Source: Demequinaceae bacterium | GTDB taxonomy: Bacteria; Actinomycetota; Actinomycetes; Actinomycetales; Demequinaceae | DNA length: 32,000 nt | Reading direction: 5' to 3' | NCBI GenBank assembly: GCA_965250005.1 | Contig: OZ252279.1 | Location: forward strand, 300,001-332,000 | Shown here: positions 7,882 through 15,287 of the stretch, one piece after another | Layout of the letters: each line of letters begins with the position of its first letter | Numbering within the stretch: the stretch's first letter is position 1 | The notes under the pieces: generated by a model | The model's input: only the letters and a program-made list of their open reading frames with translations | Database searches by the model: none | Told to the model about the DNA's origin: nothing | Translations under genes and position numbers: made by a program

Positions 7882-9096
7882 TTATGATGCGGCGCTCGCG
7901 ACGTCCCTTTCGCTCACGTGGTGGATCATGGCGAGGTCCAGCGAGCCACTTGCAGGAAGCGACACCAAGCCCTCTTCAAGGACACCCAATTCAAGATACG
8001 CCGCATGGAGCGCGGTGACGACAGCGCCGGCGGCTCCGGAGAAGTCGCCAAGCGCCGCCGGCACGAGTTTTGGCGCGAAACGCAGGTTGGCCTGCAACGC
8101 GCTTCGATACGTACCGAGGTCCCGGGACAAGGATTTCGAGATGCCCCCGCCGAAGACGATCATCTCCGGTTCACAGGATGCCGTGATCGCCACGAGCGCG
8201 ACCAGAAGGGCGTCATCGAACTGCGATCGCAGACTTGAGAACGGTTCGTCAGGCGCTATGGCGAATAACACGGCTGGAGATTCGATGGGGGTGCCAAGCT
8301 CGCTTGCTCGGCGTAGGATGCCCGGCCCCGTCACGGAGTGCTCAAGCGGTGTGCCGAGCGGGCCCACGGGCAATTGGCCGAATTCGCCTACGAGCCCGTG
8401 GCGACCGACGAGCAACTTGCCTCCGATTGCGAGGGCAGCGCCAAAGCCAGCGCCTAGGGTAACCATCGCCGCCGTGGGTGCGCCGCGAGCAGCGCCGAAT
8501 CGCTGCTCACCGATCAACGCGAAGTTCGCATCGTTGTCGACGTCTAGGGGGACGTCGAGACGATCTCGGAGCACTTCAAGGAACTCCGCACTCTCAATTT
8601 GAGGCAGGTTCGGCGCGTTTGAGACCGTTGCTCCGTCCTGGCTCACGGCGCCGGGCAGCCCAAGGGCGACAAACTGGATGCGTATTTCGAGGCGACGCGC
8701 CGCTGCCGACGCGATGTCCGCAAGCCAGAGCGCGAGCGCCGTCGAATCGAGATCGGTCGGTGTCGGCAACTCCGCGGCCGCGAGTGGGACGCCCACCAGG
8801 TCGGTCGCGATCAGGCGCGTATTGGAGGCGCCCAGATCGATACCCAATACGTATGTGCGCTCTGCTACAAGGTCGAAGAACCGGGCTCGCCGTCCGCGGC
8901 TCTCGACAACGATCTCTTCACCCTCCCGCACGATGCCATCAACGATCAGGTGGTCGATCACCCGGGTCACCGTGGCAGGCGAGATGCTAGTGGTCGCCGC
9001 GATCTGTTTGCGACTGGCCGGGCGCGAAATCAGGAGTTCGGTGAGCACAGTACGCCGGTTGAGTTCGCGAACGTCTTGGACCACGACTTGTCTCAC
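7882..9096 (-). CDS. ROK-family transcriptional regulator (N-terminal wHTH + sugar-kinase fold)
   Basis: GTG start. The N-terminal HTH reads RKQIAATTSISPATVTRVIDHLIVDGIV. It is followed by the ATPase-fold phosphate-1 motif LGIDLGASNTRL and a GEFGQLPVG block typical of ROK proteins. Confidence 0.9.
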   Translation of the reverse strand: MRQVVVQDVRELNRRTVLTELLISRPASRKQIAATTSISPATVTRVIDHLIVDGIVREGEEIVVESRGRRARFFDLVAERTYVLGIDLGASNTRLIATDLVGVPLAAAELPTPTDLDSTALALWLADIASAAARRLEIRIQFVALGLPGAVSQDGATVSNAPNLPQIESAEFLEVLRDRLDVPLDVDNDANFALIGEQRFGAARGAPTAAMVTLGAGFGAALAIGGKLLVGRHGLVGEFGQLPVGPLGTPLEHSVTGPGILRRASELGTPIESPAVLFAIAPDEPFSSLRSQFDDALLVALVAITASCEPEMIVFGGGISKSLSRDLGTYRSALQANLRFAPKLVPAALGDFSGAAGAVVTALHAAYLELGVLEEGLVSLPASGSLDLAMIHHVSERDVASAAS

Positions 9097-9586
9097 ATTT
9101 CTCTGAGGCAGATTTCAAACGTAGCGCAGTCGCGCATGAATGCGCATGCTGAACGGCCGCATTGCTTGTGGACACAGGGCTGAAGTCGTCACCTTGGCGT
9201 CCCCTCCTACTACGCCCTAAGAGCCGCCGTCGTTGGGCTTCGGGGGAATGACCAGGCCAAGGCCGACGGGCGACTTTGCGCAGTCGCCGAACTCGATCCT
9301 GCGAGTGAGCGTCGTCTAGTCGTCGCTGACGTTGGAGCGTTAACCGGGACGTGCGCGAGATGTCGGGGACGAAGGTCCTGCCATGCCCCTTGTCGGGTGC
9401 GTCAGACTGGATCGGCGAGGGGCGTCTTTGTGCGCCCTCAAGGGGGAGCGCCATGGCGGTATCGCACCTTGACCACCTCCCCAAGATCCGCCCAGGCGTT
9501 GGCTTCACCGTCGGCATTGTCGCCGTCGGCTATCTGTTCAACGCCGTGCTCACCTGACGCGCGTGCCCCAACCCCAGGAGAAATAG

Positions 9587-9829
9587 ATGAACATCACAGT
9601 CTTCGGCCCCGGATGCGACAGTTGCGTGCGACTCGAGGGGCGCGTCAGGGCAGCCGTCGCAAAGTTGGGCGTCGACGCCATCATCGAGCGGGTCACGGAT
9701 TTGCGCGCCATCAATACTGCCGGTGTGATGGTCACGCCCGGGCTCATGGTTGACGACGAGATTGTCACAGTGGGGCGCGTGCCCTCGCTCCAAGAAGTCA
9801 TTGAGTACGTGGGGCGCGTCGGGCGGTAG
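9587..9829 (+). CDS. Small thioredoxin-fold protein (redox-active disulfide protein 2-like)
   Basis: 80 aa. MNITVFGPGCDSCVRL contains a CxxC, and the TPGLMVDDEIVTVGRVPS tail is typical of this small family. An AGGAGA Shine-Dalgarno sequence lies 7 nt upstream of the ATG. The stop TAG abuts the IS3 left end. Confidence 0.8.
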   Translation: MNITVFGPGCDSCVRLEGRVRAAVAKLGVDAIIERVTDLRAINTAGVMVTPGLMVDDEIVTVGRVPSLQEVIEYVGRVGR

Positions 9830-9852
9830 TGAACCGCCCTGGGTTTTGTTCC
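9830..9852. repeat. IS3 left terminal inverted repeat
   Basis: tgaaccgccctgggttttgttcc, compared with the reverse complement of the right end, tgatttggcctgggtttagttcc. Confidence 0.75.
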
Positions 9853-9876
9853 GACTTTTCAGTAAGGATGGAACCC

Positions 9877-10188
9877 ATGACTAGATACACACCGCAGATG
9901 CGTGAGCGGGCGTTGAGAATGCTTGCTGAGGCGAGGCCGGATCACCCGAGTTTGATGACTGCGATCCGTCACGTGGCAGGCTTGCTTGGGATGAGCCCGG
10001 AGACGCTTCGCGTGTGGCAACGCCGCTACGAGGTCGATGCCGGGCAACGCCCGGGGGCGACTAGCGACATAGTTGAGGACAACCGGCGTTTGAAGCGCGA
10101 GAACGCGGAGTTGCGCAAAGCGAATGAGGTCCTTCGGGCTGCGAGCGTGTTTTTTGCGAAGGAGCTCGACCAGCCACGGACGAGATGA
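9877..10188 (+). CDS. IS3 transposase OrfA (HTH + leucine-zipper region)
   Basis: MTRYTPQMRERALRML...SPETLRVWQRRYEVDAG...RRLKRENAELRKANEVLRAASVFFAKE is the classic IS3/IS911 OrfA layout. ATG 9877 is preferred over GTG 9829, which would start outside the IS. Confidence 0.85.
   Translation: MTRYTPQMRERALRMLAEARPDHPSLMTAIRHVAGLLGMSPETLRVWQRRYEVDAGQRPGATSDIVEDNRRLKRENAELRKANEVLRAASVFFAKELDQPRTR
10150..10156 (+). other. Putative programmed -1 ribosomal frameshift site (TTTTTTG)
   Basis: orfA reads GTG TTT TTT GCG here. A -1 slip continues in frame into orfB (..CEGARPATDEMTRFIDEHK..). Confidence 0.6.
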
Positions 10189-11111
10189 CCCGCTTCATTG
10201 ACGAGCACAAGGGTCGTTTCGGGGTTGAGCTCATCTGCCGGGTGTTACGCGTGGCGGTTCGTGGATTTGTCACCTCGCGCGGTTATCGCGCCGCTAAGAC
10301 GCGTCCACCGTCCGTGCGTGCCCTGCGTGATGGTCTGCTTGTGCCCGAGGTGGTCCGGTTGCATGCAGAGAACTACGGCGTGTACGGGAGGCGGAAAATG
10401 CATGCGCTGCTGAAGCGGCAAGGCTGGCAGGTTGGGCGGGACCAGACCGAGCGACTCATGCGCCTGGCAGGTGTTCGGGGTGTGAAACGCTCGAAGAAAG
10501 TGTTTACGACCAAGAGTGATCCTGCTGCCGCCAAGCCGCAGGATCTTGTGCAACGCCGGTTCACTGCACCAGCACCGCGCCGTTTGTGGGTCGCGGACAT
10601 CACCTACGTCGCGACCTGGTCCGGTTTCGCTTACGTCGCGTTCGTCACCGACGTCTACTCACGCAGGATCGTCGGATGGAACGTCGCATCGACCCTGCAG
10701 GCTGACATCCTGCCTTTGCGGGCGCTCGACATGGCCGCCTGGGACGCGGCAGGCGACCTCGCTGGCCTCGTCCATCATGCCGACCACGGCTCAAACTATT
10801 TGGCTACGGTCTACACCGACCGCGTCATCGAGCTCGGTGCGAAACCTTCCACCGGCTCGGTCGGCGACTCATATGACAATGCCCTCGCCGAGGCCATCAA
10901 CGGCCTCTACAAAACAGAACTCATCCGCCAGCAAGGGCCCTGGCGCACCGTCGAACAAGTCGAGTTCGCGACCCTCGAATACGTGTGGTGGTGGAACAAC
11001 AAACGACTCCACGGCGAACTCGACATGCACACCCCCGTCGAGATCGAACAGGCGTACTACGCTGGCCAAGAATCAACCCAACCGGCATCCGCCGGACAGG
11101 GAAACACCTAG
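10185..11111 (+). CDS. IS3 transposase OrfB (DDE integrase core; probably made as an OrfAB fusion)
   Basis: The DDE contexts are WVADITYV, VHHADHGSNY and DNALAEAINGLYKTELI. The frame is -1 relative to orfA. Confidence 0.9.
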   Translation: MTRFIDEHKGRFGVELICRVLRVAVRGFVTSRGYRAAKTRPPSVRALRDGLLVPEVVRLHAENYGVYGRRKMHALLKRQGWQVGRDQTERLMRLAGVRGVKRSKKVFTTKSDPAAAKPQDLVQRRFTAPAPRRLWVADITYVATWSGFAYVAFVTDVYSRRIVGWNVASTLQADILPLRALDMAAWDAAGDLAGLVHHADHGSNYLATVYTDRVIELGAKPSTGSVGDSYDNALAEAINGLYKTELIRQQGPWRTVEQVEFATLEYVWWWNNKRLHGELDMHTPVEIEQAYYAGQESTQPASAGQGNT

Positions 11112-11133
11112 GAACTAAACCCAGGCCAAATCA
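11111..11133. repeat. IS3 right terminal inverted repeat
   Basis: ggaactaaacccaggccaaatca. Its terminal TCA reads as the TGA stop of the orphan rhs ORF on the minus strand. Confidence 0.75.
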
Positions 11134-13272
11134 GTTGGCGTTGGCGTAGAGGTAGCGGTTGAGGCTGACCGGGTTGGCGGGGTTGCCGTGCCACGGGTCA
11201 GCTGACAGGAACCGTGCCGTTGTCGGGTCATACCAGCGGGCCCGCAGCCAGATGAGCCCGGTGGTGGTGTCTACGGTCTCGGAACGCCAGCCGACGGTGA
11301 CGTTGGTGGTGCCGGTGCGGGCGGTCAGCTGCCCGTCGACGGTCCACGTCCATGTGTCGGTGACTGTGCCGGTTGCGTCGGTTGCGGTGCGCACGTCACC
11401 ACGCACGTCACTGTGCAGATAGGCCGTGGTGCCGGGTGTCGTTGATCCAGTAGCGGTGTGTTGGGCGAGGATCATGCCGTCTGCGTATATCCACCAGGTG
11501 CCGTCGGAGGCGCTGATGGCGCGGGGTAGTCCGCTGAGGGTGTCGTACACGAAGTCCACAGCCACACCGGTTTCGGTGCGGGTGGTGACGTTGCCATCGG
11601 TGTCATAGACGTAGTCGACGGTTCCGGCCGGAGTGGCCGCAGACAGCAGTTCACCCTGGGAGGACCACGCAAACGTTGACGTGCCAGCGGGGCCGGTGGC
11701 TGAGGTGAGCCTGCCCGCGTCGTCATAGGTGAATGCGTTGCTGCCCTGAGACGTCAGCTGGTCTAGGTCGTTCACGGTGGACGCTACGACAGTGCCGTCC
11801 GTGGACGTTGACGCCCTGTTGCCCAGGCCATCCAACACGTAGTCGGTGGTCGAGGCCGTGCCGGTCGCATCCGAGACCACCTGCGTCAGACGGCCTGCTG
11901 CGTCATAGCCGAAGTCTCGTGATACGTCCGCTGCACCTACAACACCGGCGAACACGTCATCCAGGACAGTGATGCGGCCTGCTACGTCCCGTTGTGCGGT
12001 GTGGGAGGCCAACACCGTGCCGAGTGCATTGGTGACGGTGACGGACATGACCCTGCCCGCAGCATCCCGCGTGAAGGTTTCCGTGACGCCGTTCGGGTAG
12101 GTGACCGTACTGACTCGGCCCGCAGTGTCGCGTTCGATGACGTAAACGCCACCTTCAGGGTCGGTGACCTGGCTTATGCGTCCCAGCTCGTCCCGCACAT
12201 ATGTGGTGGTGCCTGCGGCAGTCGTCAAAGAGATCATGCGGCTGGCGGCGTCATACCCGTAGCCAACACTGCCCTCAGGGGAGGTCACCAACGTCAGGCG
12301 CCCCTGCGAGTCGTACCCATAGGATGTCGTGCCGCGCTGATCTGTGACCGTTGCCCGGCGTCCTGCATCCGTATATGTGAATGTTGCGTCCGGGCGGTCC
12401 GTGTAATCGATCGCAGTCAACCGTCCTGACGCGTCATACGTGTAGGCGGTGAGCGTTCCGTCCCCCAACGTGCGTGACGTCAACCTGCCTGCTGCGTCAA
12501 ACATCTGCGTCAGTTGGCTCTGGCCTGCAACCGAGTAGGTCAGCAGACGCCCTACCGCATCCAAGGTCCAGATGCGGGTACGACCCAGGGGGTCCACCAC
12601 CGACACCCGCTGGCCGTTGCCGTCGTACGACACCTGCGCGGTGTTACCCAACGGGTCACTCGCGGACGCCATACGCCCGTCCGCGTCATACGTAAACGTG
12701 GTGACAGCGCCATCCGGGGCCGTCTGCGTCAACACCCGGCCTGCAGCGTCATACGTGTAAGAAGTAACCGTGCCATCCAGGCCCGTCACTGATGTTGCCC
12801 GCCCACGCGAGTCATACGCATACGACACCGTGCCAGCCGTCGATGTCATCGACAGCACCTGACCGGCCGCATCAAACACCGTCGCGGTTGCCGTGCCATC
12901 CGCATACGTCGCACCGACGGAGCGGCCCGCCGCGTCATACGTGTACGTGGTGGTCGCGCCCGTCGCGTTCGTCGCCGTCGCAACCCGGCCCGCAGCGTCA
13001 TACGTGCGGCTCGACACCGTCACGCCATCCACCTTCGAGTTCAACACTCGCCCGAGCGCATCGTATGCGGTGGTGCGCACCACACCGTCAGGGCTGGTCG
13101 AACTTGTCAGGCGACCCTCAGCGTCGTAGACGTAGGTGGACACGTCTGCCGTGGGGGACGTGCGGGACGTCATACGCCCCAACTCGTCATAAGCCATGGA
13201 CGACGTACCTCCCACCGCATCCACATACGAGGTGCGCTGACCCAGAGCATCGAACGTGCCTCGGCGGATCAA
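11131..13272 (-). pseudogene. Orphan rhs core fragment (3' part of the YD-repeat shell, with no N-terminus and no toxin tip), truncated by IS3
   Basis: The 713-aa ORF is about 97% identical to residues ~2117-2822 of the main Rhs, with about 20 substitutions by my manual alignment. It ends ...NRYLYANAN*, where the main copy continues ...[19 protein letters not shown]. The stop is supplied by the IS3 terminus. Only a TTG start (MIRRGT) lies at the upstream homology breakpoint. Confidence 0.85.
11134..13255. repeat. 2.12-kb direct repeat, copy A (orphan rhs)
   Basis: Colinear with 15318-17439 at a constant offset of 4184 nt, with no indels. Paired ORFs in the track are shifted by exactly 4184. 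Confidence 0.95.
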
Positions 13273-13453
13273 CGATCTTCAAACAATCGCATCCGGCCGA
13301 CAGTGGGCAAGGCTCGAAGAAGCGGTGTCCGCCTACCTCGTGAACCTCGCCTGCTACTGATTGGCCGCGCTCGAGCATTAGCCTCAATTGACCAGCGAAA
13401 GAGCGGTGTGCTTGTCAGCCCATTCGCGCGAGATGGGCCGCCCGTGCCGCCCG

Positions 13454-13723
13454 CTAGTTCGCGCTATCGCCGTCGTCTGGTGCGGATTTGCTTGTGGCGG
13501 CCCGAAGCGCGCTTGCCATGACATCCCACGGATTCTGAGGAGTCGATGTGCCGAGTGCCTCTGCTGCGGCCGTTGCATCGTCGAGATGGTCGGCCCACGA
13601 TTCGAGCACCTGCGCCAGCTCCTCCGGCGTCGAGCGCTCGTCGCGTCCGACAGCCCGGAGCGCGCGCTGAAGTTCGATTTCAAACTGTTCGACCCTGAGT
13701 GCCGGTTGAGGAACCTCGATCAC
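13454..13723 (-). CDS. Hypothetical small acidic protein (89 aa)
   Basis: GTG start preceded by GGAGG with a 5-nt spacer (gaagtGGAGGcactGTG). The composition is plausible (MIEVPQPALRVEQFEIELQRALRAV...) and I recognised no family. Confidence 0.5.
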   Translation of the reverse strand: MIEVPQPALRVEQFEIELQRALRAVGRDERSTPEELAQVLESWADHLDDATAAAEALGTSTPQNPWDVMASALRAATSKSAPDDGDSAN

Positions 13724-13817
13724 AGTGCCTCCACTTCAAATGCGTCCCTTTGGGCGAAGAGATTGAGGATCATTCGTATCTCGTCGCGTTGCGCAAACAC
13801 ACGTTCACCGTGCGCCA

Positions 13818-14120
13818 CTATTCCGCGGCCTCTGCCCACCCCAGAACCGGAGCCGGCGCGGCATCCGGGCCGTATGGCTTGTCAATATCGATGGTGTAAC
13901 CCCAAAGCACCTCAAGGTACGTACAGACGTCTCGATTGAGCCACGGCTTTCCCCTCCGCGCTTCCTCAGCCAGCGTGCGCAACGGGCGCGCTGTCGCGCG
14001 CTGTGGCTCGAGAGAATCTGACGTGCTCATTGCGTCAACGATCACTTTCCGCTTCTGCTCGCCAGGCTGAACAACCCAATTCGTTCGCGAGCTACCGGTT
14101 CTCAGTCGCCGTGACGGCAT
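13818..14120 (-). CDS. Hypothetical protein (about 100 aa; start uncertain)
   Basis: An internal ATG of ORF 13818-14231 lies 25 nt downstream of the immunity-candidate stop. In a 26-codon stretch I counted, third positions were about 73% GC, which fits coding sequence. No family was recognised, and the upstream part of the ORF is Arg/Ser-rich junk overlapping the neighbouring gene. Confidence 0.3.
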   Translation of the reverse strand: MPSRRLRTGSSRTNWVVQPGEQKRKVIVDAMSTSDSLEPQRATARPLRTLAEEARRGKPWLNRDVCTYLEVLWGYTIDIDKPYGPDAAPAPVLGWAEAAE

Positions 14121-14145
14121 GTCGAGCGCGCCATCCGCCGCACGG

Positions 14146-14646
14146 CTAGAGCGCCGTCTTCTCGACCCACGGCCGGAACGGGACGGGCTTGCCGTGATCT
14201 TCTTGCTCGAGGTACACGGTTGGCCCGTCATCGTCGGAGCGGCTGGCCGCGACCGCGAATTCGCGGTCGGGAAACTGAGACGAGATTTTCACGCGCCAAA
14301 TCTCCGCGATAAGATCCGCGATTCCATCGAGAAACCCGCCGGGCACGCCGGATTCGTCGTACTTGGAGATGTATGAAACCTGCAGTTTGTTGGCTACGTA
14401 TTCAAGTTGCCGAATCGACGTGACGGAAGCTTCCCATTTGTCCACGCCTCCGGACTCGACGAAGTCTCTGCGCAGAATGGCTCCGTCCACCTCCGTGAAT
14501 TCCACCCACACCCGCTCAAGCACCGCGCCAAAATGCAACGCTGGCACTGCGTTGAGCGTGATCTTGTCCGGATCAAACTCGCCAGATTCTGGAATCGCCA
14601 ACTCTACGGCGCCGGGAACGCCATCGTAATTCAGACGATTCAGCAT
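14146..14646 (-). CDS. Putative cognate immunity protein of the Rhs C-terminal toxin (166 aa)
   Basis: Its ATG overlaps the rhs stop (ccATGCTGA: rhs reads cca-tgc-tga, the next gene reads atg-ctg-aat). It sits immediately 3' of the toxin tip and has lower GC than the rhs core. No signal peptide and no recognised family. The function is assigned from position only. Confidence 0.55.
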   Translation of the reverse strand: MLNRLNYDGVPGAVELAIPESGEFDPDKITLNAVPALHFGAVLERVWVEFTEVDGAILRRDFVESGGVDKWEASVTSIRQLEYVANKLQVSYISKYDESGVPGGFLDGIADLIAEIWRVKISSQFPDREFAVAASRSDDDGPTVYLEQEDHGKPVPFRPWVEKTAL

Positions 14647-15287
14647 GGAATGTCACTCGGCCCTGCGGGATCTGCGCTCTTCAACTCGCGAGGATACTCA
14701 ACGCCTGATGGAGCGCGGTCCCAAACCCAGTATTGAATGTGAGGTGTAGGCACGTTGTCGTGAGTCCTCCCGAGCAAGTCCACGCGTTTGATTAGTCTTC
14801 CCAAATCATCATAGACTGCGTAGCTCTTCGGGGTCCCAGGAACACGGGTCATCGAACCGTCATCAGTCTTGAAGAGGATCTCGTTGGGTGCGCGGCCTGA
14901 AACGGGGAAGTCGCCGCTCCAGAGAGTCGCTCCAGTTAGGTCTGGCCCCGCTCCGCCACTCCCATTGGGCGTACAAGGCGGTGGCGGCTTGCGTGCACCA
15001 GCGCCGTCGGTTTGGGGCTGGACCCCGGAAGTGTTGTCCTCGGAGTGATACTCAAAGACTGTCGGCAAGCGAGGGCCGGGCTTGTCCGTGCCGTCGACTC
15101 CTTCGCCTACCGCGGGGTCGTCGATCCCGAACACCACGTACGAAGACCAAGCCGCGGCTGCGAGGGCGACCAAGTTCCGTGCCTGCGCAATCACTGCAAG
15201 ACCCCGCGTGTACCCGCCGATTTCGATAGACATCAACACGCTGTTCACATACAGCGCCTCGCTCGTTTCAGTAAGTGTCGTTGCCTC
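14640..15287 (-). other. Variable C-terminal toxin region (aa 2834-3048): hydrophobic helical segment + Pro/Gly linker + ~95-aa unassigned toxin domain
   Basis: It lies after DPSGL. The hydrophobic stretch is [45 protein letters not shown]. The linker includes [18 protein letters not shown]. The tip is ...[55 protein letters not shown]... GC drops here relative to the core. Confidence 0.7.

Larger units (their letters stand above)
9830..11133 (+). mobile_element. IS3-family insertion sequence (1304 bp)
   Basis: Imperfect terminal inverted repeats start TG...CA, matching 18 of 23 positions by my alignment. The element has an orfA/orfB arrangement with a -1 frame relationship and a T6G slippery run, and orfB carries a DDE integrase core. 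Confidence 0.9.

Noticed and set aside
6826-7887. 353-aa plus-strand ORF spanning the lipoprotein 3' end and the whole LysE region
   Set aside because: The translation is extremely Arg/His-rich (RRRRDHQDSGRRRGRS...). It is antisense to a clear LysE-family membrane protein, so it is a shadow ORF.
7706-8602. 298-aa plus-strand ORF opposite the ROK regulator
   Set aside because: It is antisense to a well-supported ROK gene. The composition is Ser/Pro/Arg/Ala-rich with no recognisable motifs.
9351-9557. 68-aa ORF upstream of the thioredoxin-like gene as a real gene
   Set aside because: It has no Shine-Dalgarno sequence and an implausible N-terminal composition. Only the last ~25 aa look membrane-like. 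It is too short to call and is mentioned only as a possible permease remnant.
13388-13939. 183-aa plus-strand ORF between the orphan rhs and the immunity gene
   Set aside because: The translation is Cys/Arg-rich (CGFACGG..CAECLCCGRC..) with no motifs. The minus strand has a better-supported ORF with a GGAGG Shine-Dalgarno sequence.
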